The notes below the pieces were generated by a model, which saw only the letters and a list, made by a program, of their open reading frames with translations, was not told where the DNA came from and did not search any database. This document shows, one piece after another, positions 13,566 through 25,639 of a stretch of DNA of 64,000 bases (position 1 is the first letter of the stretch; the number at the start of each line of letters is the position of its first letter). The position numbers and the translations under genes were made by a program. Location of the stretch: positions 403,186,001 through 403,250,000 of the forward strand of contig OZ024741.1 of the NCBI GenBank assembly GCA_964016885.1, read 5' to 3'. The stretch comes from Eledone cirrhosa (taxonomy: Eukaryota).

Positions 13566-13757
13566 GTGCACCTGAACACTACACAATAATTTCATTATTA
13601 TTATCATATATATATAAGAAGGCGAGGGAGCCAGCCGCGTGTATCAGTAACAGTTGTAAAGATAGAGCGACTGATGTTACTATAATCAACAGTAATAACA
13701 GCTTTAGAAAAGCTACACTTATAATAAATTATTATCTGTTGACACAATCGTCAGCTT

Positions 13758-13829
13758 TCCCATGTGGTCTAGTGGTTAGGATTCCTGGCTTTCACCCAGG
13801 CGGCCCGGGTTCGATTCCCGGCATGGGAA
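13758..13829 (+). tRNA. trnE-TTC: tRNA-Glu(TTC)
   Basis: 72 nt; acceptor TCCCATG/CATGGGA, anticodon arm CCTGG-CT TTC AC-CCAGG, GGTTCGATTCC B-box, T-run terminator just downstream. Confidence 0.97.
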
Positions 13830-13886
13830 CGCAATTTTTTTGTTGCTTTTGCTTCGGTTAGTATTTGATATCCTTATACTTTTTAT

Positions 13887-14534
13887 GGCATTGGTTAAGT
13901 TTAACGTCCTCGAAATTGAAAGTGGATTTTCTGACAAGTGAATGTGTTTGTTATTTTTTTTACAGTGAAATTTACGATACACTCTGTTTATTTACAACAG
14001 GTCTCTATAGTGATATGGTGTTAATTAGTATTGCGTGTGTGATTATTTTCTCTTATATATATATGTGTGGGTGTGTATATGTGTGTATATATATGTGTGT
14101 CTGTATGTATATATATATGTGTGTTTGTATATATATATGTGTTTGTGTCATCATCATCATCGTTTAGATGTTTTTGTAATATCTTGCCAAAGTTGGCACC
14201 AACTATAAACAAATTAAGGCCGGGTCATAAGAAGGACAGAGAATGATAAGGGATTTGGGTAAAAACATCTAAACGATGATGATGACACAAACACATATAT
14301 ATATACAAACACACATATATATATACATACAGACACACATATACACACCCACACATATATATATATGAGAAAATAATCACACACGCAATACTAATTAACA
14401 CCATATCACTATAGAGACCTGTTGTAAATAAACAAAGAGTGTATCGTAAATTTCACTGTAAAAAAAATAACAAACACATTCACTTGTCAGAAAATCCACT
14501 TTCAATTTCGAGGACGTTAAACTTAACCAATGCC
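13887..14534. repeat. Long inverted duplication (arms 13887-14175 and 14261-14534)
   Basis: Arms are near-exact reverse complements separated by an ~85-bp spacer. Confidence 0.92.
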
Positions 14535-14579
14535 CTTTTTATTTTGTCAATTACAAACCTTTTGTGATTTTGAGAGATA

Positions 14580-14765
14580 ATAGCAGGAGACCTAGGGGTA
14601 GACCTCGAGTAAGAAGGTTGGATAACAACCATGAGCTTGGCTGGTCTCGCTTAGAGATCCAGCCGGACCAGTTGGAGACGGTTGCTTCTGACATGACCCA
14701 CTGGAAGGAGTACTTGAGGACTCTGCCCACTCGACTTTCTCAGGAATACATGGGAGAAGAAGACA
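14580..14765 (+). pseudogene. RTE-clade LINE 3' fragment
   Basis: RRPRGRPRVRRLDNNHELGWSRL...WKEYL; related copies at 18640-18845 and 42700-43140. Confidence 0.7.
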
Positions 14766-15007
14766 AAGTTTTAGCTTCTATTACGTGGAAAATCATAGGA
14801 GTTCAATATATTTTTGTTAGTAGTAGCTAGTCCCAATCTAACAGATCCTTTAACCTGCGCTCGAGTTGCAAGCGAAATAAGCTATAAGGTAACATACCAT
14901 AGGCAGCCACATTTTAAAAAGTATATTTAAAAAGTATCTTATCCTTAGTTTTTATTCTTTAATAGTAAATCATTAAAAAATCTCTCTCTCTCTCTATCTC
15001 TCCCTCT

Positions 15008-15108
<101 letters not shown>

Positions 15109-15149
15109 CGAAACATAAGTCAATTGCATGAACTCATAATCCTTTATTT

Positions 15150-15205
15150 ACTGCTATATATATTTCGATGATAGCCATTGAATGGCTATGACCTCATCAG
15201 GCAGT
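15150..15205 (-). ncRNA. Minimal type I hammerhead (PLE-type) in a (TA)n-flanked insertion at 15104-15336
   Basis: Minus strand ACUGC-CUGAUGA-GGUCAUAGCCAU(UCA)AUGGCUAUCAUC-GAAA-UAUAUA-UA-GCAGU; palindromic stem III. Confidence 0.8.
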
Positions 15206-15334
15206 TAGTCAGTTCTTAGATATGCCAGCTCTGTGTTTATAGTGTTGATGGTATCAGAGCCTTGGGACATATGAGCTTGTTAGGGATAATTTAATGTTGT
15301 CAGCAGGAATGGTCTTGATTCTCATTGGTCAGTT

Positions 15335-15336
<2 letters not shown>

Positions 15337-15394
<58 letters not shown>

Positions 15395-15413
15395 AAAGTA
15401 TGTCCATAGAATC

Positions 15414-15489
<76 letters not shown>

Positions 15490-15558
15490 AAAGTATGTCC
15501 ATAGAATCCTTAAATATATATATATATATATATATACAATAAAGTATGTCCATAGAAT

Positions 15559-15593
<35 letters not shown>

Positions 15594-15615
15594 AAAGTAT
15601 GTCCATAGAATCATT

Positions 15616-15646
<31 letters not shown>

Positions 15647-15665
15647 AAAGTATGTCCATAGAATC

Positions 15666-15745
<80 letters not shown>

Positions 15746-15782
15746 TATATATATATATACAATAAAGTATGTCCATAGAATC

Positions 15783-15836
<54 letters not shown>

Positions 15837-15854
15837 AAAGTATGTCCATAGAAT

Positions 15855-15893
<39 letters not shown>

Positions 15894-15912
15894 AAAGTAT
15901 GTCCATAGAATC

Positions 15913-15948
<36 letters not shown>

Positions 15949-15966
15949 AAAGTATGTCCATAGAAT

Positions 15967-16005
<39 letters not shown>

Positions 16006-16024
16006 AAAGTATGTCCATAGAATC

Positions 16025-16062
<38 letters not shown>

Positions 16063-16080
16063 AAAGTATGTCCATAGAAT

Positions 16081-16119
<39 letters not shown>

Positions 16120-16137
16120 AAAGTATGTCCATAGAAT

Positions 16138-16176
<39 letters not shown>

Positions 16177-16194
16177 AAAGTATGTCCATAGAAT

Positions 16195-16231
<37 letters not shown>

Positions 16232-16270
16232 AAAGTATGTCCATAGAATCATTATATATATATATATATA
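15337..16270. repeat. Compound array: 14 copies of CAATAAAGTATGTCCATAGAATC(A/C)T separated by variable (TA)n
   Basis: Cores counted from 15391 to 16228. Confidence 0.95.
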
Positions 16271-16460
16271 ACAAAGGAAATGTGGTAAGGAACCAGATGG
16301 ACCATAACGCACCAGAGTACTCAATACTTAGGGTAGTAGAGTGGGAAATAGGAAAAAGTATGACCCCGAAGGCAGAGCTGAAGCCGTTTCGACGGCTATT
16401 TCTGGACTGAAATAGCCGTCGAAACGGCTTCAGCTCTGCCGTCGGGGTCATACTTTTTCC

Positions 16461-16463
<3 letters not shown>
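16270..16463. mobile_element. Fold-back PLE-end insertion (hairpin 16350-16463 with one-sided tail)
   Basis: ~54-bp arms around loop TGGACT, flanked by (TA)n; contains HHR 3' half GAAA-CGGC...GCCG-UC; same family at 451-492, 24449-24560, 35648-35920. Confidence 0.7.
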
Positions 16464-16492
<29 letters not shown>

Positions 16493-16828
16493 AATTATGT
16501 GACCATTAATAAAATAAGAATCATGTATAATTATTTTAAATGATTTATCCGATATTTTTTAAAGAAGGGCCTCAAATGTCATATAGCTTAGGGCCTCAGC
16601 AGGTGAAAGTCCGGCTCTGGTCTTAATCAATGGTGTTCCAGCCATGACCATCATCCTATCCTTTTTATTTTTATAAATGAAGACTACATTTTCTAAAGAG
16701 TACTTACTTTTTTAAGATTTGATTTGAAACATTTAGTTGCTATTTCTAGCAAGTCTAGTTACCGCATAGACACTTCTTCGTTGTGTCGTGTTTTCCCATG
16801 ATGTTGTTGTTTAACCATAGGTCATTAT

Positions 16829-17005
16829 TGGCAGTATTGGTAGAGGGTCGGACGCCATGCTTTGACGTATAGAGTTACGGCCCTTGCCATTCTGAGTTCA
16901 AATACCGCCAAGGTTAACTTTGCCTTTCATCCTTACGGGGTCGATAAAATAAAGTACCAGTAATGCACTGGGTATTTACTGGCCTTGTGCCGAACGTAGA
17001 AACAA
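16829..17005 (+). mobile_element. Octopus OK-type SINE
   Basis: Matches the family consensus over its full length. Confidence 0.85.
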
Positions 17006-17152
17006 TTATTATTACCATCCCATCTTTTCAGGACTGAGTAGGTTTACATAATCTGATAATAGGATAAGATTTGAGTGGTCAAATAGTCAGCGACTGAACC
17101 GACTCCCTCACTAGACCCTGGTCTGGTGAGAAGGGTAAATAGAACTCCTGCA

Positions 17153-17297
17153 GTGAAGGCGCATGGCTTAGTGGTTAGAGCATTGGGCTTGCAATCGAAA
17201 GGTTGTGAGTTCAATTATCGGAGCGGGTGATGTGTTGTTTCCTTGAGCAAGGCACTTTATTTCACATTGCTCCAGTTTACTCAGCTGTAGAAATGAG
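17153..17297 (+). mobile_element. OR-type/CORE tRNA-derived SINE, 5' part
   Basis: GGCGCATGGCTTAGTGGTTAGAGC A-box, GTGAGTTCAATT B-box-like, CCTTGAGCAAGGCACTTTA core. Confidence 0.7.
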
Positions 17298-17299
17298 AT

Positions 17300-17905
17300 A
17301 ATAATAATAATAATGAAATTATTGTGTACAGTGCTCAGGTGCACTACAACTCATCAAAGGTGCATGTATAGTACATAGAATAATGTACAAATGTCAGGAA
17401 AATGAACAGTGTATGAGTCATGATATAATAATAATAACAATAATGAAATATTGTGTACAGTGCCCAGGTGCACCACAACTCATCAAAAAAGTGCATGTAC
17501 AGTACATAGGGCAATGCACAAACATCAGTAAAATGAACAGTGCACGAGTCATGATACACACATGTGTGCATGTGTATGGAAGGGGTACATCAGGTGTAGT
17601 TTTGGCGTATTTTGGGAAGCATGAGTGTCTTAAAGGATGCAGTGTCTCGGCAGCTAACAATTGACGCAGGCAGTTTGTTCCATGGAGGTTTTAAAGGATG
17701 TAGTGTCTCGGCAGCTAACAATTGACGCAGGCAGTTTGTTCCATGCTTCAGCAACTCTGAGCGAGAAAAAATGTCTACGAAAGTCATGGGAGCTGTGCTG
17801 TTTTCTGATCTTGTAGGCATGTCCACGTGTGTTAGACACATGGAGATCAAAGAGGCGCTCAGGGTTGCAATTGGCGAGATGGTTAAAAACTTTGTGGGTA
17901 TTCAC
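17300..17905 (-). pseudogene. CR1-clade LINE 3' fragment with internal duplications
   Basis: TRGHAYKIRKQHSSHDFRRHFFSLRVAEAWNKLPASIVS is the classic CR1 ORF2 C-terminus; duplicated 3' UTR ending in (ATT)n. Confidence 0.8.
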
Positions 17906-18004
17906 CAAACTGGCGTCCCTATCATTAAATTACCCAAAACACCTCCAACGAAATATACCTTGGAGGAGGGCCAGATAAACCTGCATAGGTGAGAGCTGTC
18001 ACAC

Positions 18005-18081
<77 letters not shown>

Positions 18082-18446
18082 AGCACAAGTAACAAGAGCT
18101 GTTAAAAGCTGAATCAACAGCCATCCACCCCAATTATGGCTTAAATAGCCTCACCAACCCACAATTGGCCCATCGTGGTGAGTACAGCTACACACCTGAA
18201 AACATGACCAAAAGTAAATAGAAAGTGGTGGAAGTTATTCAAAGAAGGGTTTCTTCAACATGAGAAGGCCCTGGATTGGATTCGACTTGGGGGAGATTCG
18301 ACTGCTATTTCTAGCAGGTCGAATGGCCATGTAAAAACTTCTGGGTTCGTTATTTTTTCTTTTGTATGCACAATAAATATGTGGAAGCCGAAAATGTTGT
18401 GAGTGGGCGGAGGTGCCCTGAATGATGTTTGCAAACAGTATATATG

Positions 18447-18604
18447 CAGGGCCGTCTTAACGCATGGGCACGCTGGGAAGTTTCCGGGGGCCCCACGAGG
18501 ATAGGGGGCCCATTTGTATTTTTATTCCTGTGAGTGGTTGTGTAGGTAGGGGCCCCAGTGCTCTGCTTTTCCCGGGGGCCTATAATGCTGTTAAGAGGAC
18601 CCTG
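18447..18604. mobile_element. hAT-type MITE
   Basis: TIRs CAGGGCCGTCTTAAC / GTTAAGAGGACCCTG with a perfect 8-bp TSD TATATATG (18439-18446, 18605-18612). Confidence 0.85.
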
Positions 18605-18639
18605 TATATATGGTATATAAAATATTTAATTCCAGCGCT

Positions 18640-18927
18640 GAATAGACTTTTACAGGCAAAACCTACCAGGAGGAAACCCAGGGGTAGCCCCCGTGCAAGA
18701 TGGTTAGATAACATCTATGAGCTTGGCTGATCTCACTTGGAGCTAGAACCAGATCAATTGGAGACGGTTACTGCTTCTGAGAGGACCCACTGGAAAGAGT
18801 GACTTTGCCCCTCCCCATGACCCTCCCAGGAATAAGTGGACGAAGAAGAAGAAGAAGAAGAAGAAGAAGAAGAAGAAGAAGAAGAAGAAGAAAAAGAAAA
18901 AGAAAAAGAAAAAGAAAAAGAAGAAGA
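18640..18927 (+). pseudogene. RTE-clade LINE 3' fragment with (GAA)n tail
   Basis: RLLQAKPTRRKPRGSPRARWLDNIYELG then a GAA-repeat tail. Confidence 0.7.
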
Positions 18928-19046
18928 TTTAATTTTCTAGTCCAGGGAAAAAAACCTTGACCTATGAGCTAAATAAACTAGAGCTCACAAAAACATTTTT
19001 TTGACCACATTATAGGCCGTGAAGGATATATATATATATATATATA

Positions 19047-19436
19047 TTAGTAAAAGGAAAAGAAAATGCTGACAAATTGTTCCCAGTGAAAAATAGTTTA
19101 ATTAGGAATAAGTATTAGTTAGTATTCAGTTTTAGTTTTAAGCTTTTACAGGTTGCGCATTTCTAATGCTTTTCAAAAATAATGTTGAGATAGAGCGCCC
19201 GTGATGTTTGCTCTAATCAGATTAGAGCAAACATCACGGGCGCTCCATCTCAAAATTATTTTTGAAAAGCATTAGAAATGCGCAACCGGTAAAAACTTAA
19301 AACTAAAACTGAATACTAACTAATACTTATTACTAATTTATACTTATTCCTAATTAAACTATTTTTCACTGGGAAAAATTTGCCAGCATTTTCTTTTCCT
19401 TTTACTAATATATCACAACTCGTGTGTCACACCTCA

Positions 19437-19442
<6 letters not shown>
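19047..19442. mobile_element. Fold-back PLE-end insertion with variant HHR
   Basis: ~170-bp near-perfect palindrome centred on 19219, short tail, (TA)n on both sides. Confidence 0.75.
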
Positions 19443-19503
<61 letters not shown>

Positions 19504-19523
19504 AGATCCTTGGTACAGTTGGG

Positions 19524-19652
19524 TATATTTGAAAAAAAGGAAAAGAATGACTTCACTTGTAGTATTTAATAATTTGATTGAATTTTCTAATATAAATCAA
19601 ATTATTTAGAACTACAAGTGAAGTCATTCTTTTCTTTTTTTTTCAAATATAT
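19524..19652. repeat. Short fold-back of a PLE-like 3' end
   Basis: Arm CTACAAGTGAAGTCATTCTTTTC...TCAAATATA also terminates the element ending at ~35648. Confidence 0.65.
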
Positions 19653-19885
19653 ACATATATACCACTGCCCCCGTCTCTCCTACTCTCGCCATCCCTCACT
19701 GCTGTGAGAAAATGGAGGCCCATTTAGTTTACAGGTAAGATCAGCACGATAGTATGAAATCGTAGACGATAGTAACATGAAACGCTTCAATTTATAAATG
19801 GGAATAACCCAGCAACACTAACACATATTGATCAAAGAACAAAAGATTTAATAAATTGTTAAGTACAGCATAAAACTTTCAGCCT

Positions 19886-19957
19886 TCCCATGTGGTCTAG
19901 TGGTTAGGATTCCTGGCTTTCACCCAGGCGGCCCGGGTTCGATTCCCGGCATGGGAA
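19886..19957 (+). tRNA. trnE-TTC: tRNA-Glu(TTC)
   Basis: Identical to 13758-13829; T-run terminator follows. Confidence 0.97.
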
Positions 19958-20011
19958 CGTATTTTTTTTTTTCGTCTGTTTTGAGTTTTTATTAATGTCC
20001 AAAAAAGAGGG

Positions 20012-22400
20012 TGGTGGATTTGTAGTAATCGGTAGAGCATCGGACATGTTTTGCGTCATAGAGTTACGACCCTTTGCGTTCGGAGTTAAAATCTCACCGA
20101 GATTAGCTGTGTCTTTCATCCGTACGTAGTCGATATAATAAAGTACCAGTAATACACCGGGATAGATTTAATTGATTTTTACCCTCCCCCAAAATTGCTG
20201 GCCTTGAGCCGAAATCAGAAACCATTGTACTAATTATGGCATGAAGTCAGAATAAGTTTAAGATATCTCCCATCATTAGGTGGATTGGCAGTATCAGTAG
20301 AGGGTCGGACGCCATGCTTTCCAGCATAGTTACGTCCCTTTACGATCTGAGTTCAAATCCCGCCGAGGTTGACTTTGCCTTTCATCCTTACGGGGTCGAT
20401 AAAATAAAGTACCAGTAATGCACTGGATAATTGCTGGCCTTGTGCCTAAAGTAGAGACAATTATCACCATCACCACTATCACCACCACCATCATCATCAT
20501 CATCACCATCACGACCACCAACCTCGGCTGGATTTGAACTCAGAACGTAAAGGACCGTAACTATATGACACAAAGCATCATGTCCGACTCTCTACCGATA
20601 CTGCCAATCCGTAATAATAACAACAATTGTTTCTACTTTTGGCACAAGGCCAGCAATTATCCCAGTACATTACTGGTACTTTATTTTATCGACCCCGTAA
20701 GGATGAAAGGCAAAGTTAACCTCGGCGGGATTTGAACTCAGAATGGCAAGGGCCGTAAGTCAATGCGTCAAAGCCTGGCGTCCGACCCTCTACCGATACT
20801 ACCAATCGACCACCGAATCAGTAATAATAATAACAATGTGATTATGATTACAAAAAACCGAATATTTTTGAAGGAAGAGTGAAAAGAAGCAGAAGAAAAG
20901 CAAAGTTGAAAGCAGAAGTTGAACAGTTTTACAGACATTGCGGTGTCGGATTTAAAGAATCGGGGAACATAAGGATCTTAGAACTTCTTTCTAGAATATT
21001 CCTTTTATAAAAGAAATAAAAGATACGATAAATTAATGGGATGCTATATCGATCAGGTTAGTAAAAAGATGGTGACTAGACTTATGGGATCGATACTGTA
21101 TGGAGGGAGGAGGAGACATTACAGAATGATGTAGTCCTAGGGAGGGAAGGATTACGAAATATATCAGGGTTGACGGGTGGGGGAATATAACAGAGGTCAC
21201 TGTAACAAACGATAGGTTGGTGGAAGGGATGAGATATCGATTAGGTTAGTTAAAAGAAGACGACTAGATTTGTGGGATCGATATAGTATGGGTGGGTGAT
21301 GGGTGAGGACATTTCAGAATGTTGGTACTCCCAGGGAGGAGGAAGGATTCCGAGCCATATCACCGATGACTTTTGGCACAAGGCCAGTAATTACTCAGTG
21401 CATTACTGGTACTTTATTTTATCGACCCCGTAAGGATGAAAGGATAAGTTAACCTCGGCGGGATTGGAACTCAGACCGTAAAGGGTCGTAACTCTATGCG
21501 TCAAAGCATGGCGTCCGACCCTCTACCGATACTGCCAATCCACCCACCAGCAGATCTTTGCAGCAAAGTTTTCGCCATATTATCCGTAGAGGGAAGCTTC
21601 GATATGCTATCCCACCATTTTTATTTTTTCTTGTTTTTATGTTCACTCTCCTTTTTAAAAAAATCGGAAAGAGGCGGCCCGCTTGAGTAGTGGGCCCCGC
21701 GAGGTGGAGTGATTGTTGCAGCGGGTGCCTCTGGCCATTCTCTGCGGTAATACCTTTGTTATTTTGTCTGCGGGGTGCAGCTGCAGCACCACTCAGACTA
21801 GGGTGTAGTATCTGTCCCTCCCCCTCTAACTTTATTCCATTGCTTGATTCTTTTTTCTTTTTCTTCTTTTCATTTCCTATTTTTTGTTAACTTGAATATT
21901 CTGTTTTGTTTCTGTATAAACAACTTTGTTAAATAAGATGAAGAAATACTCCGTATACGCTCAACTTTATTTTAATTGTTTTATGAATTGTAAATAATTG
22001 TTTCTACCAGCAATTACCCTAGTACATTACTGGTACTTTATTTTATCGACCCCGTAAGGATGAAAGGCAAAGTTAAGCTCGGCGGGATTTGAACTCACAC
22101 CATAAAGGGTCGTAACTCTATGCTTAAAAGCATGGCGTCCAACCCTCTACCGATACTGCCAATCCACCGATGAATTGTAAATAATTGTTTCTACTTTAGG
22201 CACAAGGCCAGCAATTACCCAGTTCATTACTGGTACTTTATTTTATCGACCCCGTAAGGATGAAAGGCAAAGTCAACCTCGGCGGGATTTGAACTCAGAT
22301 CGTAAAGGGACGTAACTATGCTGGAAAGCATGGCGTCCGACCCTCTACTGATACTGCCAATCCACCGATTCTTAATTGAAGTACAAGGCCAGCAATTTTT
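20012..22400. mobile_element. Cluster of about 7 OK-type SINEs (+: ~20012-20225, 20279-20462; -: ~20521-20610, 20625-20815, 21371-21547, 21996-22168, 22183-22367) with a CRE-like fragment at ~21660-21930
   Basis: Repeated matches to the SINE consensus; apparent TSD ATGAATTGTAAATAATT around the 21996-22168 copy. Confidence 0.85.
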
Positions 22401-22539
22401 GTGAGGAAGAAAATGAATAAAATACTTTTGATATTCATATTTATCGAAAATAAAAAAAAGAGAAAATGAAATGAAAGTTATCAATAAATAAAAAAAAAAT
22501 GCATAATATAATTTTGCAACATAAAAAAAAATAAATGCC

Positions 22540-22611
22540 TTCCCATGCCGGGAATCGAACCCGGGCCGCCTGGGTGAAAGCCAGGAATCCTAACCACTAG
22601 ACCACATGGGA
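22540..22611 (-). tRNA. trnE-TTC: tRNA-Glu(TTC)
   Basis: Exact reverse complement of the + strand copies; A-run (T-run on minus) downstream. Confidence 0.97.
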
Positions 22612-23539
22612 TTGCTGATGATATGTAGCTCTAAATATGTTTTTATTAACAGTATCGCTATTTCATCAGTAGTTACTGATTGTGCAGTGTGGCCCAAACG
22701 TCACTAGATCGTTTCTAATTATAATATATATAAAATGATGCAGTAGCTTTGAGGCCAGCCTGTATATGTGTATAGATTGGTGACTCTTGATTGTGATATA
22801 CTTTAAACCTGTTGAGGCGTATCTCCTCTCTCACTTAAGACACACACAGCAAGAATCTCCCCAGTAATAGAAGGGTACTATTTCTTTTTTACCGATTTTG
22901 AGCGGTTGAAAAGCAAAATTAATTAGAACTTAAAGAGGGCAGCGAGCCGGAAGGAATACCACAAGGTATTCTATCTGATGTTCTAACGTCTCTGCTAAAT
23001 TCACAACTAATTAAGGTTGCCCGGTACCCCTCGCTGCTCTCTTTTGCTCTGGTGTTGGCTCTGGTGTTCACCCCTTCCTTTACATTTTCTTTAATACTGC
23101 AACATGAAAAGAATATGTCCTTCTGAGGGAATCGAGAGCAATTTCTAATGTTATCTAAGCATTTGTAATGTTATTTATGTATATATTTAAAACATAGTTG
23201 TTATGTTATTCTACTGTAAATTTATTTATATGCTTTCTATATATCATATGTGTTCATATTTTCACTCCCATTTGTAATGTTATTTAATTTAATAAAAAAG
23301 TTATTTATATTAGTAAAAGAAAATTGTTTAAAATAAAAATCCCGTCTGATAATGAAAAAAAAAACATTACTAATTACTCTTACATTATTTTCACTTAGGG
23401 TTTCCGCAATAAAAAAATAGAAAGAAAGGAAAAAAGTAAAGGCTAAGACGAGATTAGAACCTATAAACTAGAAGCCAGGTGTAAGGTCTGAATATATCTA
23501 AAAAAAAATTTTCTTTTAAATATTCAAATATTTTTATTA

Positions 23540-24200
23540 TACAAAGCATATAAATAAATTTACAGTAGAATAACATAACAAATATGTTTTAAATATATAC
23601 ATAAATAACATTGCAAATGCTTAGATAGCAATCGTGATTCTTTCAGAAAGACATATTCTTTTAATGTTGCAATATTAAAGAAAGTGTAAAGGAAGGGGTG
23701 AACCCCGAGCCAACACCAGAGCAAAAGACTGGGAGTACTGGGTAAACAGACTGGGAGTACTGGGCAAACAGACTGGGAGTACTGGGTAAACAGACTGGGA
23801 GTACTGGGTAAACAGACTGGGAGTACTGGGCAAACAGATTGGGAGTACTGGGTAAACAGACTGGGAGTACTGGGCAAACAGACTGGGAGTACTGGGCAAA
23901 CAGACTGGGAGTACTGGGCAAACAGACTGGGAGTACAGAGCAAAAGACGAGGAGTACTGGGTAACCTCTCTAATGATTTTTTAGGCAAGCCAGCACACTC
24001 GCAGTGTTACCCCGGGTGATGGCGAGGCTAATGCGCTGGAACAGCCAAGCGCCCTCGCGAGATTCGCCAGTTACCTCTATTAGGCAAGCCACCAGTGAAG
24101 AAAGGAACTTCGCAGTCAGCGGCCCGACTCCCCCAAACGACTCGAAAGTCACAGGCTGTGGCTCCCGTCCTAACCGCAGCATCCAGGAGCCGGGTGAAAG
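23540..24200 (-). pseudogene. CRE-like RLE-LINE tail with 3' UTR containing a 22-bp tandem repeat (23728-23938)
   Basis: PVTFESFGGVGPLTAKFLSSLVACLIEVTGESREGAWLFQRISLAITRGNTASVLACL; unit GACTGGGAGTACTGGGYAAACA. Confidence 0.75.
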
Positions 24201-24830
24201 GTGTGAATATATTTAAATTGTCTGAAACATTTTCTCCAGTCTATAATTTTGGATACACACACAGAAAACATATATCTATGTATATGTATACACACACATA
24301 CATATATACATATACACACACACACACATACATATATACATATACATATACATACACACACACACATACATATATACATATACATACACACACATATATA
24401 TATATATACATAAACATACACACATATTGAACTATATATATATATAAACAAAGAGGGTGTGGTAAGATACAGATGGACCGTAACGCACCAGAGTACTCAA
24501 TACTTAGGTTAGTAGAGTGGGTAATAGGAAAAGAATCAGGGTCCTGACTCTTTTCCTATATATACATACACACATATATATATGTATACATATGTATATA
24601 TATGTATATATATATTTATATATATATGTCTATATATATATTTATATATATATTTATATATATATGTCTATATATATATTTATATATATATTTATATATA
24701 TATATGTATATATATATTTATATATATATGTCAATATATGTATATATATATATTTATATATATATTTATATATATATGTATATATATATGTATATGTATA
24801 TATATATATGTATATATCTATGTATATATA

Positions 24831-24884
<54 letters not shown>

Positions 24885-25145
24885 ATATATATGTGTGTGT
24901 GTGTAAGTAAGTTAATAAACAAAATATACAGAATAATTGAAAAAAAATGGAAAATAAATAAACATTATCTAAATGCGCAGTATTTATAAAAATATATGTA
25001 TTTGAGTTTGAGAACTCTCCGAAATAGAAACAACAAAAAACGAAGTAATAATTAAAAAAAAGATAAATTAAGTTAAATATAAGTTTAAAATAATATAAAC
25101 TCTTTACCTAAAAATTAAATATAAAAATAAAACAAAAATCATGCG

Positions 25146-25217
25146 TTCCCATGCCGGGAATCGAACCCGGGCCGCCTGGGTGAAAGCCAGGAATCCTAAC
25201 CACTAGACCACATGGGA
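25146..25217 (-). tRNA. trnE-TTC: tRNA-Glu(TTC)
   Basis: Exact reverse complement of the other copies. Confidence 0.97.
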
Positions 25218-25639
25218 TTGCTGGTAAAGTCGATTAAGAGAAACTACTTTATTAAAAGTATTAAGTTTATTTGTAACTGTGGCTGATAATCAAATAAAGA
25301 AATCATTATTATGTTCCCCTACGTCTCAACATCACCTACTTACCTCCCTTACATCAGTAGTGACGTAGTTTGACGTCGTTACCCAGCAACTGTGTTGCCG
25401 AGGCCATAACTCTCTCTCTTAGGTTGGTTGTCGTCTACTCTCGGGTCTTATCGTTCCCCACCCAACCCAACACTTATTAATTTTTCAGATCTCCCCACCC
25501 ACCTAGCTATTATCCCCACCGCTTATTCATTTTTTAGATACCCCCCCCCCCGCTCTTATCCCCCCCGCTTATTAAATTTTCAGATTTTTTCTCCACCACT
25601 CTCGACTCCTATTCCAACCCCCCGACTCTTAATCCTCCT

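Noticed and set aside
15337-16270. CRISPR-like look (constant repeat with variable spacers)
   Set aside because: Spacers are only (TA)n, there are no cas genes, and the context is eukaryotic.
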